Under the pieces are notes generated by a model. That model worked only from the letters and a program-made list of their open reading frames with translations. It made no database searches and had not been told where the DNA came from. The position numbers were made by a program, and so were the translations under genes. Below are positions 24,925 through 36,698 of a stretch of DNA of 36,698 bases, piece after piece. Source of the DNA: Macrostomum lignano (Eukaryota); assembly GCA_002269645.1 (NCBI GenBank), contig NIVC01004061.1, positions 1 to 36,698 on the forward strand, read 5' to 3'. Each line of letters starts with the position of its first letter. Within the stretch, counting starts at the first letter, position 1.

Positions 24925-25728
24925 AGATGGCTGTCTGGAGAAGGAGTGAGGTGGCTGTCTGGAGAAGGAGTGAGGTGGCTGTCTGGAGACGAAGTGAGGT
25001 GGCTGTCTGGAGAAGGAGGGAGGTGGCTGTCTGGAGAAGGAGTGAGGTGGCTGTCTGGAGACGAAGTGAGGTGGCTGTCTGGAGACGAAGTGAGGTGGCT
25101 GTCTGGAGAAGGAGTGAGGTGGCTGTCTGGAGAAGGAGTGAGGTGGCTGTCTGGAGAAGGAGGGAGGTGGCTGTCTGGAGAAGGAGGGAGGTGGCTGTCT
25201 GGAGAAGGAGTGAGGTGGCTGTCTGGAGACGAAGTGAGGTGGCTGTCTGGAGACGAAGTGAGGTGGCTGTCTGGAGAAGGAGGGAGGTGGCTGTCTGGAG
25301 AAGGAGTGAGGTGGCTGTCTGGAGAAGGAGTGAGGTGGCTGTCTGGAGAAGGAGGGAGGTGGCTGTCTGGAGAAGGAGGGAGGTGGCTGTCTGGAGAAGG
25401 AGTGAGGTGGCTGTCTGGAGAAGGAGTGAGGTGGCTGTCTGGAGAAGGAGGGAGGTGGCTGTCTGGAGAAGGAGGGAGGTGGCTGTCTGGAGAAGGAGTG
25501 AGGTGGCTGTCTGGAGACGAAGTGAGGTGGCTGTCTGGAGACGAAGTGAGGTGGCTGTCTGGAGAAGGAGGGAGGTGGCTGTCTGGAGAAGGAGTGAGGT
25601 GGCTGTCTGGAGAAGGAGTGAGGTGGCTGTCTGGAGAAGGAGGGAGGTGGCTGTCTGGAGAAGGAGTGAGGTGGCTGTCTGGAGAAGGAGTGAGGTGGCT
25701 GTCTGGAGGAGTGAGGTGGCTGTCTGGA
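24925..25728. repeat. Minisatellite, 24-bp unit GAGGTGGCTGTCTGGAGA(AG/CG)(G/A)AG(T/G), downstream of the msi stop
   Basis: Visible tandem array; source of four 280-350 aa pseudo-ORFs. Confidence 0.97.
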
Positions 25729-28655
25729 AAGAGTGACGAGACATGACGCGTCAGACATTCGATGCGGAGAAGGGCGAACTTGAGCGCAGTGAACTGATTC
25801 CCCTTTGCATTGAAATCCGCAGACTGTAACAGGCCGGGCGGCCCAGTTCAACCACTCGGAAGATAAAAAATTACAAAACAAATTCAGAGAAAGCCTGGAA
25901 AGTTGCAATTTCTGAGTTATTAAAAAAACTTTACTTTTATATTATATATAATCATAATGTCTACGTTAAATTTTATTATAAAAGTTTTATTTGACCGCGG
26001 AGTTTCGGCGCGCCAGTGTGCCCGCGTGTTAGTGCTTGTTCCACAGCGTGTGACGTCGTCGCCTGTACATACGCGCCATTCAACCTTTTATTTCCCTTCC
26101 CCTTTGTCCCGCCCCCGCACTTCAAGCCACTATTTTTATGCGATTATCTCCCTATTTTCAAATTGATAATCCTACTGACTCTCCTACCGCGCTTTGCCCC
26201 AATACCGAAGGCTTTTGTGTGTTAAACAGTGCCCCAGGCTTTGCACCTGATATTTTGCTCATGCTATCGAGTGTTTTGCATCGAAATTTCTATTAATACG
26301 CGTGATGTTTGTCAGTGTTCCGTTCTAATGATTACTGCTATTCGATTATTATTAATATTATTACTGTTTACTAATCATTTCTGTGTCTTTATATCTGTGC
26401 TAATTTTTCATTGAGCACGCTGAGCACGCTAGGCATCAATAATCGTGAGACACTTGCAGTTTTGATTACACAGAAAGCGAACTCGCCCACAGCTCTAGCC
26501 GCGTTTGAACCCCCCCCCCCCGTTTCTGCAGCTGTTCCCCCGAACTTTGCTGTCTTCTGTCTCTCCTATCCTTAAACCGGCGGATTCTCACGCGCACTGC
26601 CCCCAGCTCAAGTGTGCTCAAAAAAAGATTTGCTCGCTGTTGCGTGATCCCTAAGCCTCAAGCGCCATATGCAGAAGCGTCCTGCTTTCTCTGGCCTGGG
26701 GCGGGTGGCGACTAGTCTGGGGAAGATCAAGGACTAATCCCTGATCTGCCGGCCACCCGACTCACCCCCCCCCCCAACCTTCATCTCTCTGAAACCCAAG
26801 CACTGTGCTCAATTCTTGAAACAGTGGCTACACTGGCTCATGAGCAAGGCTTCGGTAGCAGCAGCTGTACCTGCAGCACTGATTACAGGGCTACTGACAA
26901 AACTGTAGGGTTTGCAGAGCGAGCAGCTACTCGCGTATCAACCATCAAGCAGCTCAAGCCACACAGATCAGTGACTCATTGCTACACAGTAAGCCTTCCC
27001 CGAGCTTCTCCATCCCTCCATCCTCATTTTTGAGTTTTTTTTCAAGCAATATCTGTGCAGCAAACATATTCTAATGAAAATTATCTTCCTAAGCACTTCT
27101 TGTTTGCAGAATTTGTTTTATTAATTACCAGATTATGTACTCTGCATTTTTATTGCACTGGCTGCAGCACAGTCGCTTTCGTTTAACTAATTATGCTAAT
27201 TATGATTAAAATACCTATTTATGTTATTATTGGACCTCAAGCAATGGTCTCTATCGCACCTTGTCAGAATGTTGAACAATTATTAAACATAAGGCAAAGC
27301 GAATCTGCTCAAAAACTTCAGAATCATGAACCTGTCTGCCCACCCCTAGCGCAAGCCTCCCTCTCTCTCTCTCTCTCTTACCCATTGTCTGTTTTTGCGA
27401 ACTGCAAATTTGATTTTGCCTCTAAATTTTGCTGATGCTCTTCTGTTTTGTTTTACACGGTTCGTTGCGAATATTTATTTACACAACTCGGGCTTGAATG
27501 CGGCTCGACCCTGCGACACGGTCCAATCTGAGCTTAACAAAAACTGGCCATCATCATCATCAACTGCTCGACCCCCAACTCGCCAGCTTCACTGCTCTGC
27601 TGTTTGTTGGAATTTTTGTTTTCATTTCCTCTTTTTAACACTTGGCGATTTCTGAAACAAAAAAACACAAAATGCAGTTTTGCTACATAAGCCGCGTACT
27701 TGAGCTGCGCATCGATTGTGATGCTATTATTGAACTGGCTAAATACACACACTCACACTCAAGCTAACTGGATTGAGTCTGACTTCACCACTGCAGCCAC
27801 CGTTCATATGAGGAAGCTCTCGATCGATAGCGAAATTCTTTGGCCAACTGACTTGCCGAAGTCGTGAAGGGCTTGGTATCAAGGTGTTAAAATTTCAAAC
27901 ACTTCATGAAAATCTTCAGACAAGGAAAAATATGTTTAGACGTATCGCTTTAAAACAAATAGCCACTTTTCGGCTAAAACAGTATTCTTGAAATAGCTTC
28001 CCCGGGTGTTGAGTTTTGGAAGGATCCAGCCCAGTGCGAGTGCCGCACAGCCATAGAAGAAGACTGTCGCAAATTTTTTTTGTTGCGTCTATTTTTGTTG
28101 GATGGAATAAAAAGGACGGCAAACAGCTGGGGCTGCGGACGGCAACTGCTGTTTGCACGGCCTTTTGCTTGCTTGCTGCCTGCCTTGGAATTCAAAACTT
28201 TTAGCAACACCAACAGCAGCAGCAGCAGCAGCAACAACAACTGCGGCGGGGGAACTGACCGTCCGAGTTTACCAGCAGTCACAATGCACCCCCCCCCCCT
28301 GCTTCGGCACTGAAATCGGAGGGAATTGGGAAGTCAAGAGGAGCTCCCCAACAGCGGAGAGACAGATGGGGGACTGGGCGGGACTGGCGGCTTGTCATCG
28401 AAACCGAGTGCTGTTTATGCCCCGGCGAATGCGGATTCCCGGCCAAAGCTCCGAATCCCCTGGGTTCGAGGGCCCACGAGCCGCGGCTCCTTAGAGTCCC
28501 TCTCGACAAATCCTCGACAAATCCGCCATCTAGAGACTGGCAGAGAGAACGCCGGAGGGAGAGACGGAGAACTAATTTGAAATCCCTGGGAAATGAGCCT
28601 GGGCGATTAACGGCCTCCCCACAGGCTTTGCTGAGCAGCGCGTGTCTCCTCTTGA

Positions 28656-28880
<225 letters not shown>

Positions 28881-29419
28881 TAGTTGACAAAACTTTTCGA
28901 AGCAGGCTTCTTCAAGAGCGATAACTTCCGAGTCACTGAAAAGCTACCCAGGGAACAAAATTAGCAGTATTGACAGCACTCGCTTAAGCCTTATTATGCC
29001 GATAAGCTTTTTGTTTTTGGTTTCAGACAGCGACACGGTTTGCGCTGTCAGATTTTCTTTTGCAAGCAGAAGAAGCATCGCAGTTGTCGCAAGCAAAAGC
29101 TGGCTGTGGGGTATAGCGGCTCCCCAACCAGTTTGAAGTGCAGTCCGTAACCGGGGCTTTGGGAAGACGAGGATAGAAGCGAAGATTCAACTGCGGTAGA
29201 GGAATGCGCAGCCGGCGGGGCCGGCGCGTGTGAAGGGCAAAAACAGTGCGGGCTGGACTTGCGAAAAATCTGGCGATAAAACGGCACGTTTTGGGACACG
29301 GGGTGGCGGCTGACAAGGTCGAGTTTTTGCCCAATTAATTTCCCCAGTTTAAAAAGCATACAGAGATTAATTCTACTTATTGCCTGCGCGTAAGCCTGGG
29401 TTTGTGGCAAAACTATTTT

Positions 29420-30498
29420 TTGTCACTGGCCTTTGCGTGTGTCTGCCCACTGTCACTGACCTCTGTGTGTGTCTGCCTGCTGTCACTGACCTCTGTGTGT
29501 GTCTGCCTGCTGTCACTGGCCTCTGTGTGTGTCTGCCCCCTGTCACTGACCTCTGTGTGTATCTGCCTGCTGTCACTGACCTCTGTGTGTGTCTGCCTGC
29601 TGTCACTGGCCTCTGCGTGTGTCTGCCCCCTGTCACTGGCCTCTGCGTGTGTCTGCCTGCTGTCACTGATCTCTGTGTGTGTGTCTGCCTGCTGTCACTG
29701 ACCTCTGCGTGTGTCTCCTTCCTGTCACTGACCTCTTTGTGTGTCTGCCTGCTGTCACTGGCCTCTGTGTGTGTGTCTGCCTGCTGTCACTGGCCTCTGC
29801 GTGTGTCTGCCTGCTGTCACTGGCCTCTGCGTGTGTCTGCCTGCTGTCACTGACCTCTGTGTGTGTGTCTGCCTGCTGTCACTGGCCTCTGTCTGTGTGT
29901 CTGCCTGCTGTCACTGGCCTTTGCGTGTGTCTGCCTGCTGTCACTGACCTCTGTGTGTGTGTCTGCCTGCTGTCACTGGCCTCTGCGTGTGTCTGCCCCC
30001 TGTCACTGACCTCTGCGTGTGTCTGCCTGCTGTCACTGATCTCTGTGTGTGTGTCTGCCTGCTGTCACTGACCTCTGCGTGTGTCTCCTTCCTGTCACTG
30101 ACCTCTTTGTGTGTCTGCCTGCTGTCACTGGCCTCTGCGTGTGTCTGCCTGCTGTCACTAACCTCTGTGTGTGTGTCTGCCTGCTGTCACTGGCCTCTGC
30201 GTGTGTCTGCCCCTTGTCACTGACCTCTGCGTGTGTCTGCCTGCTGTCACTGACCTCTGTGTGTGTGTCTGCCTGCTGTCACTGACCTCTGCGTGTGTCT
30301 CCTTCCTGTCACTGACCTCTTTGTGTGTCTGCCTGCTGTCACTGGTCTCTGTGTGTGTCTGCCCCCTGTCAGTGACGTCTTTGTGTGTCTGGCCCTCTGT
30401 CACTGACCTCTGTGTGTGTCTGCCCTCTGTCACTGACCTCTGTGTGTGTCTGCCCTCTGTCACTGACCTCTGTGTGTGTCTGCCTGCTGTCACTGATC
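29420..30498. repeat. Minisatellite, ~30-bp unit CTCTG(T/C)GTGTGTCTGCCTGCTGTCACTG(A/G)C
   Basis: Visible tandem array with variable GT length. Confidence 0.95.
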
Positions 30499-32017
30499 TC
30501 AGTTAATGTGCGTATGTCCCTTGTCACCCGCCTCTCAAATATTTGTTTCAAATGTCAAGCAATGTCACTTATTTGTTTATAATCTTAGAAATTTTCCTGT
30601 CTGTCTTGAAATGCCTGCCTTGGCGGCACCAGAGAAGCAGGCTAGCTCACTAATAATCTTCTGCCTGCCATGGCTAACAAGATGCTTTGGACGCGACTTA
30701 GTCGCTTTCAAAGGAGCCACAGGCTCTTTGCAGCTTCGAGTTGAAAATAATTAGACAGGCGAGTTTTGCTAAGACACGGAGCCGTTCAGAGGCGGGACGC
30801 AGGAGATGGAGAAAGCAGACAAAGGCCCCTCGGCCGGTCTTCGTGCCTCAAATCTCTAATCAGCAGCCTCTTTCGCAAACTGTGAGATCTCACTCTGTGT
30901 CTCCATCCGACTTGGTGTGAGACCCCCTCATTAGCAGGTGGCTTCACTTTCGACGAGCTCAATGCGTGACGTCATCGAAGCCTCTCGGTCCTTTGGGTGG
31001 ATGAGAAGAAGCTTGCTGAGCAGAAAGTATGCAATGAAAACGAAGCATGCATGGCAGAATTATGATGGAAGCGCGCAGTGACAAACTTCTTCAGGGTTTT
31101 GGATGCTCCCCCCTCTGCTTCTGCTTTTCTCTGTCTTAATCCGGGGGATTATCCGCTGCTCACAGGGCCCCCGTATAGCCCGGGTCCTTATATCGGAGCT
31201 CATCTCCGCCCCGCTTGTGCTCCGAACGATAGAAATAGAAAATGAGCAAGAGCTGCGCTCGTTTGATGCGGAGTTACTGCCCGGCAGACTGCCCAGGCTC
31301 TCCATATTCTACTCATTCCCGAGTGCCGCACTGATGGCCGGCTGCCATCGGCAGGCAGTTTTTTTCTCAGTCAGAAATCTGCGCCCCTTCATCTTCTGCC
31401 CATCAGCTGCCCATTCACTGGCTGGCTTGGACTTTCTATCGCTATCCCACATATATCCCCTTAGTCCTTCGTTTTGTCTAACGAATTCCAGGGCAAAATC
31501 AGCCTAGGACCAGGGGAAGGCAGATATAGGGGAGATGGCGGAGAGAGACTGCCGCCCGACACTATATGCCGCTATAGTAAGTGTTGACGCAAAGCAGCAG
31601 CACCCAGCCTCTGCTCCGCATCTCTCCCTCTCTCTGCCCGCTGATTGACAGAGCCACCCCCCCCCCCTCCCTAGGCCCTTTTGACCAGCCTCCCGCTTCA
31701 TCTCCTCTCTCGTGCCTTTGCCGTCTCCTTTTTCCACTGATTTCTTTCCCATGGGGGCCTCGGTGCGGCTCCTGTGGGGCTGAGGGATAATGCAAAAGAA
31801 GTGGGCAGGAGCGCCAAGTTGGAGTGCCGAAATTGCTTTTTCTCTCTGCCTTCTGAGGGCGGGTCCGAAATCCCTCCCAGCTCTCTTTGGCCTCTGCTTG
31901 ACTTTCCAATCCATATCTGTCTGCCCCTGATGTGACCTTCCCGACTTCTTCAGTAGACTGGCAGTTTTTGGTCTGTCTGGCCGGAACCTGGGAGGCCTTT
32001 TTAAAAATAAATAGAGA

Positions 32018-32205
<188 letters not shown>

Positions 32206-33014
32206 GCAGCCCCTAATTATTCAACTCCCAAAGCCGTTGACATTAGTTCCCTCATCTTCACAGTGAAAGATGATTATTGCGGGACAACATTTCCTTTTCT
32301 TAAATCCGAGAAAACCACACCCAGAAGGAAACGAATCAAGAGTCAGACTGAGCTTCCTTTCAATTCAGGTACTGAGCCCAGACTTCATTTAGCTACTTGA
32401 GTTCTACACAACCAGCCACGCGGCACTCAGGGTCTCCCGACAGCACTCAATAAGAGAAAATTACAAAAAATGAAGAAAAAAATACAGGGACGAGGAGGCA
32501 GGGCAAGCTATTTTAAATTATACGACATCAGGCCAAATCCCCGTGTAAGGAAAAAACTCATTCGCCACGTCTGAGCGACCATGCAGGCTCAGCTTCATAC
32601 AGCTCAGAAGCGCCGGCCTTTGTGGCGCTGAGGGACATTGTGTGTGTGTCAGTCCTGCAGCGGGGCCGCTTCCTCTGTTAGCTCTCACTTCCCCAGCGCC
32701 CTGCCATTATCCCCCAGAGACCCGGGAAGGGGGGGGCGAAGCTACAGCCGGTCTCTGGAGAAGTCGAGAAGGAATAGGAAGAGGTGTGAGTAAAGATCCT
32801 GCGCATTTTACGAGCTGATGCGCAGATGAGGTTGAGCAAGGTACAATGCAGCTAAGTAGACGGTACAAACACGCAGGGGATACGGGAGGGTCTGGCGGGA
32901 AGGGATGCTTTCAAGAGTTGAATGAGCTGGGAAGCATGGCAAACTTCTGACTTATTCACGCTTTAAGAATTGCTGAATCTCAGTGCTGCAGCTGAAAGTG
33001 GGACCCCTATTCAC

Positions 33015-33690
33015 ACAAACCCCTTAGGGGAACACAAACTCTAAGCTTCACACAAATCCTAGAAGCTTCACACAAACCCAAAGCTTCACACAAAATCTCA
33101 TCTTCACACAAACCCTAAACTTCACAAAAACCCTAGAAGCTTCACGCAAACCCTAGAAGCTCCACACAAACCCTAGAAGCTTCACACAGACCCTAAGCTC
33201 CACACAAACCATAAGCTTCACACAAACCCTAAAAGCTTCACACAAACCCTAAAAGCTTCACACAAATCCTAGAAGCTTTACACAGACCCTAGGCTCCACA
33301 CAAACCATAAGCTTCACACAAACCCTAAAAGCTTCACAAAAATTTTAGAAGCTTCACACAAGGCCAAAGCTTCACACAAACCCTAAAAGCTTCACACAAA
33401 CCCAAAGCTTCAAACAAACCCTAAAAACTTCACACAAACCCTAGAAGCTCCACACAAACCCTAGAAGCTTCACACAAACCCTAAAAGCTCCACACAAACC
33501 CTAGAAGCTTCACACAGACCCTAAGCTCCACACAAACCATAAGCTTCACACAAACCATAAGCTTCACACAAATTCTAGAAGCTTCACACAAACCCTAAAA
33601 GATTCACGCAAACCCTAAAAGCTTTACACAAAACCAAAGCTTCACAAAAACCCTAGAAGCTTCACACAAACCCTAAGCTTCACACAAACC
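33015..33690. repeat. Minisatellite, 18-20-bp unit CTTCACACAAACCCTA(G/A)AAG
   Basis: Degenerate tandem array. Confidence 0.9.
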
Positions 33691-34089
33691 CTGCTTTCAT
33701 CGAATAGTACTGTGAATTTCAAGCAGCGAGGATAAATTTAAGTGACAACTAACCTAAGCACCATCACTACTAAAAGTAGTGCAGCAGAAAATTTTTAAAT
33801 AAAATGTTTTGCAAGGAAAATGTAACTAAGTTTTATTATTATTAGATGTCTGAAGTCCTCGTAATAAAACATTACTGACTTACGTTTTGTTATATATTTA
33901 CTTAGGATAAATATAAAATTATCCATAATATTCGACTAACGCGTGGAAGCGGTCAAAATTATCTGATATCAGCTAATTAATTATTTATTTGGAATCGGAA
34001 TCCCATCAATTTAGCTAAGCGGATTCCCCATTTAGAAGGATTCGATACCGCGTTCAAGGCTACGTTCAAGGCAAAACCGCCCACAAGGT

Positions 34090-34275
34090 ACAGAGAGAGT
34101 AGACAGAGAGCGTACACAGAGAGCGTACACAGAGAGCGTACACAGACAGCGTACACAGAGAGCGTACACAGAGAGCGTACACAGAGAGCGTACACAGACA
34201 GCGTACACAGACAGCGTACACAGACAGCGTACACAAACAGCGTACACAGACAGCGTACACAGAGAGCGTACAAGA
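34090..34275. repeat. Minisatellite, 14-bp unit GCGTACACAGA(G/C)A(G)
   Basis: Visible tandem array. Confidence 0.9.
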
Positions 34276-34329
34276 GAGTGACGTCTCTATGACGTCATGC
34301 GAATGCTGGGTTACCCTCTCAGATCCTCA

Positions 34330-34460
34330 GCTGCTGGGCCAGCCTCCCAGATCCTCAGTTTCTAGGCCAGCCTCCCAGATCCTCAGTTTCTGGCCAGCCT
34401 CCCAGATCCTCAGTTGCTGGGGCCAGCCTCTCCCAGATCCTCAAACTGGATCAGCCTCCC
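34330..34460. repeat. Short array of ~27-30-bp units GGCCAGCCTCCCAGATCCTCAG...
   Basis: Four to five degenerate copies directly before the dispersed module. Confidence 0.75.
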
Positions 34461-34461
34461 G

Positions 34462-34521
34462 CATGCCTGATGATCAGAAAGTCAGGACCGCTGTACACCC
34501 TGTGTGAGCGTGTATCTGCGT
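34462..34521 (+). repeat. Dispersed ~60-bp repeat module (copy 2; copy 1 at 19435-19494)
   Basis: CATGCCTGATGATCAGAAAGTCAGGACCGCTGTACACCCTGTGTGAGCGTGTATCTGCGT. Confidence 0.85.
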
Positions 34522-34825
34522 TCTGCAGTATCCGTATCCGTATGCTAAATATCCGCAGTGCTCAAAGTTACATGTAAGCAGCTAACTATAACTGGTGACT
34601 ACTTAGACAGCTGCTGCAAGAGTGCACCAACTTTACCCGGGCTCAGGGAAGAGAAGGACGGAGAGCCAAAATCGAGACGAGGGGAAACCGGAATGAACTG
34701 TCTGGCTTTCTTCACCAGAAGGGAGGATGTTGGATAACTTATCTGTCGAGATTTTCCAGCTGGCGTTTTCGGGGTTTTGTACCTAAGAACAGTCAGATGT
34801 TTTCCCTAGAATTGGAGCTTTTCTA

Positions 34826-35285
34826 GGGAAGGGGAGGGAGAGGGACCAGTGGGAGATGGGAGAGATGGATAAGGGAGAGAAGGATAAGGGAGAGAGGGAG
34901 AGGGGAGAAAGGGAGACGGGACGGAGGGAGAGGGGAGAGAGAGGCAGAGGAGAGGAGAAGGGAGAAGGGGGAAGAGGAGAAGGGAGCCAGGGAGAGGGGA
35001 CGGAGGGAGAGAGGGAGAGGGGGAGAGGGAGAGGGAGAGGGAGAGGGGGAGCGGGAGAGGGGGAGCGGGAGAGGGGGAGAGGAAGAGGGGAGAGGGAGAG
35101 GGGAGAGAGGGGGGAAAGAGAGAAGGGGAGAGGGGAGCCAGGGAGAGGGGACAGAGGGAGAGAGGGAGAGGGGAGGGAGAGGGAGAGAGAGGCGGGGAGG
35201 GAGACTGGAGAGAGAGACAGGGGAGCGAGGGAAAGGGCACGGAGGGAGAGAGGGAGAGGGGAGAAAGGTGTAGTGACGAGGGGGA
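34826..35285. repeat. Polypurine (G/A-rich) low-complexity tract
   Basis: Almost only G and A on the + strand. Confidence 0.9.
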
Positions 35286-35595
35286 GAATGAGAAATGATG
35301 GGGTCCAGATTGGCAGAAGAAATTAGAGAAGAGAAATATTAAGAAACGCACGCAGAAAAATGCAAATGTGCCCGAATGTCTCATCAGTAGATAATGTCCT
35401 TATATTCAATTTGATTAGCTCGAACACTCCCAAGGGGCGCAGGTTTCAAAGGCGATGCGCGCAAAGGCCGTGCGACATCCTGAGAATTTTAATGAGCTCC
35501 AAGTCTAACGCTAAGCGAGTTTCTCTTAATTTTTTTTTGCTTTTTTAGACAACAATCATTATAGTGCTCTCTCAGAGAAGGAAATCAAACCTGGT

Positions 35596-35850
35596 TGGGG
35601 TGTTAGAGTGGGGTGTTAGAGTGGGGTGTTAGAGTGGGGTGTTAGAGTGGGGTGTTAGAGTGTGGTTTTAGAGTGGGGTGTTAGAGTGGGGTGTTAGAGT
35701 GTGGTTTTAGAGTGGGGTGTTAGAGTGGGGTGTTAGAGTGTGGTTTTAGAGTGGGGTGTTAGAGTGGGGTGTTAGAGTGTGGTTTTAGAGTGGGGCGTTA
35801 GAGTGGGGTGTTAGAGTGGGGTGTTAGAGGGGTGTTCAGTTAGGGTGTTC
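35596..35850. repeat. Minisatellite, 13-bp unit GTTAGAGTGGGGT
   Basis: Visible tandem array. Confidence 0.95.
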
Positions 35851-36344
35851 AGACTGATTCCGTGTTCTAGTTTACCAGGTCAGATCACGGGCATCTCAGT
35901 GGTGCTGAATATACGCACACTGACACCTCAAAATAAAAGATTGATAAATTTACACAGCTAATTTCGAACTGAAGTAATTTGCTGCATCACCTGTATTGTT
36001 GGCTTTAATCCCAAGGCCAGAGAGATAGATCTAAATTCTATTATATAAAAAATGGAATCAGAATTTTCTGCTTTAAGTCAAAGAAACTCGTCCAGGCGCA
36101 GGGACACTTTTTAGTTGCTGGGGGGGCGCTCGTCTGAGGGGGGAGAGGCCGGGAGATCAAAGGGAAATTGAGGCGGTTGACGGAGGAATCTGTTTCGGGA
36201 GATGCAATTACCAGTTGGGAATTTCTTGCCTGCGGCAGGGAAGTGAAATATCAGCTTTCTAGCGCTGATGAACTCTTCCTGCTAATGGCTTTGAAATTTT
36301 CTTTAGCCCTCCTCGGAAACTGCTGAGCCAGCGAGCACTTGGCG

Positions 36345-36698
36345 ATGGATTCACACAATGAGATCACCCACCATGGATTCACACAATGAGATCACCCACC
36401 ATGGGATTCACACAATGAGATCACCCACCATGGGATTCACACAATGAGATCACCCACCATGGGATTCACACAATGAGATCACCCACCATGGGATTCACAC
36501 ATCATGAGATCACCCACCATGGGATTCACACATCATGAGATCACCCACCATGGGATTCACACAATGAGATCGCCCACCATGGGATTCACACAATTAGATC
36601 ACCCACTATTTGATTCACACAATGAAACTCACACACCATGATATTCACACATCATGAGATCACACACCATGGATTCACACCATGAATCACATACCAGG
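36345..36698. repeat. Minisatellite, ~30-bp unit GGATTCACACAATGAGATCACCCACCATG (runs off the window end)
   Basis: Visible tandem array. Confidence 0.93.

Noticed and set aside
24771-25908. Four 280-350-aa ORFs
   Set aside because: The 24-bp unit is a multiple of 3 and stop-free in several frames; lies after the msi stop.
33015-33690. Interstitial telomere (CCCTAA present)
   Set aside because: CCCTAA/CCCTAG occurs only once per 18-20-bp unit, not as (CCCTAA)n.

Overview
Eukaryotic (animal) genomic window with no prokaryotic features. The GC-rich exons and the very high density of intronic minisatellites resemble the flatworm Macrostomum lignano, but that assignment is inference, not proven. 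The main gene is a 10-coding-exon Musashi (msi) RNA-binding protein gene on the + strand (ATG 4279, TGA ending 24784, about 349 aa, two RRMs, poly-Ala tract, C-terminal NGFH*). Divergently oriented on the - strand is the first coding exon of a short-chain acyl-CoA dehydrogenase (ACADS-like; 863 to 360), which carries four single-base frameshifts that are probably long-read errors. The 3.4 kb between the two genes holds a tRNA/CORE-type SINE, a hAT-type MITE with an 8-bp TSD, and the most striking signal in the window: a ~2.4 kb AT-rich block almost devoid of CpG. This block contains an RTE-like LINE reverse-transcriptase remnant whose damage is dominated by C>T and G>A transitions on both strands (YADD became YTNN, and many CAG/CGA/TGG codons became stops), i.e. 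a RIP-like hypermutation signature in an animal. The window also has about 20 tandem arrays, many abutting splice sites, a foldback element inside an (ATCT)n microsatellite, and weak evidence for a further spliced transcript downstream of msi. Nearly all long ORFs in the supplied track are artefacts of tandem repeats. All counts and alignments were done by eye.
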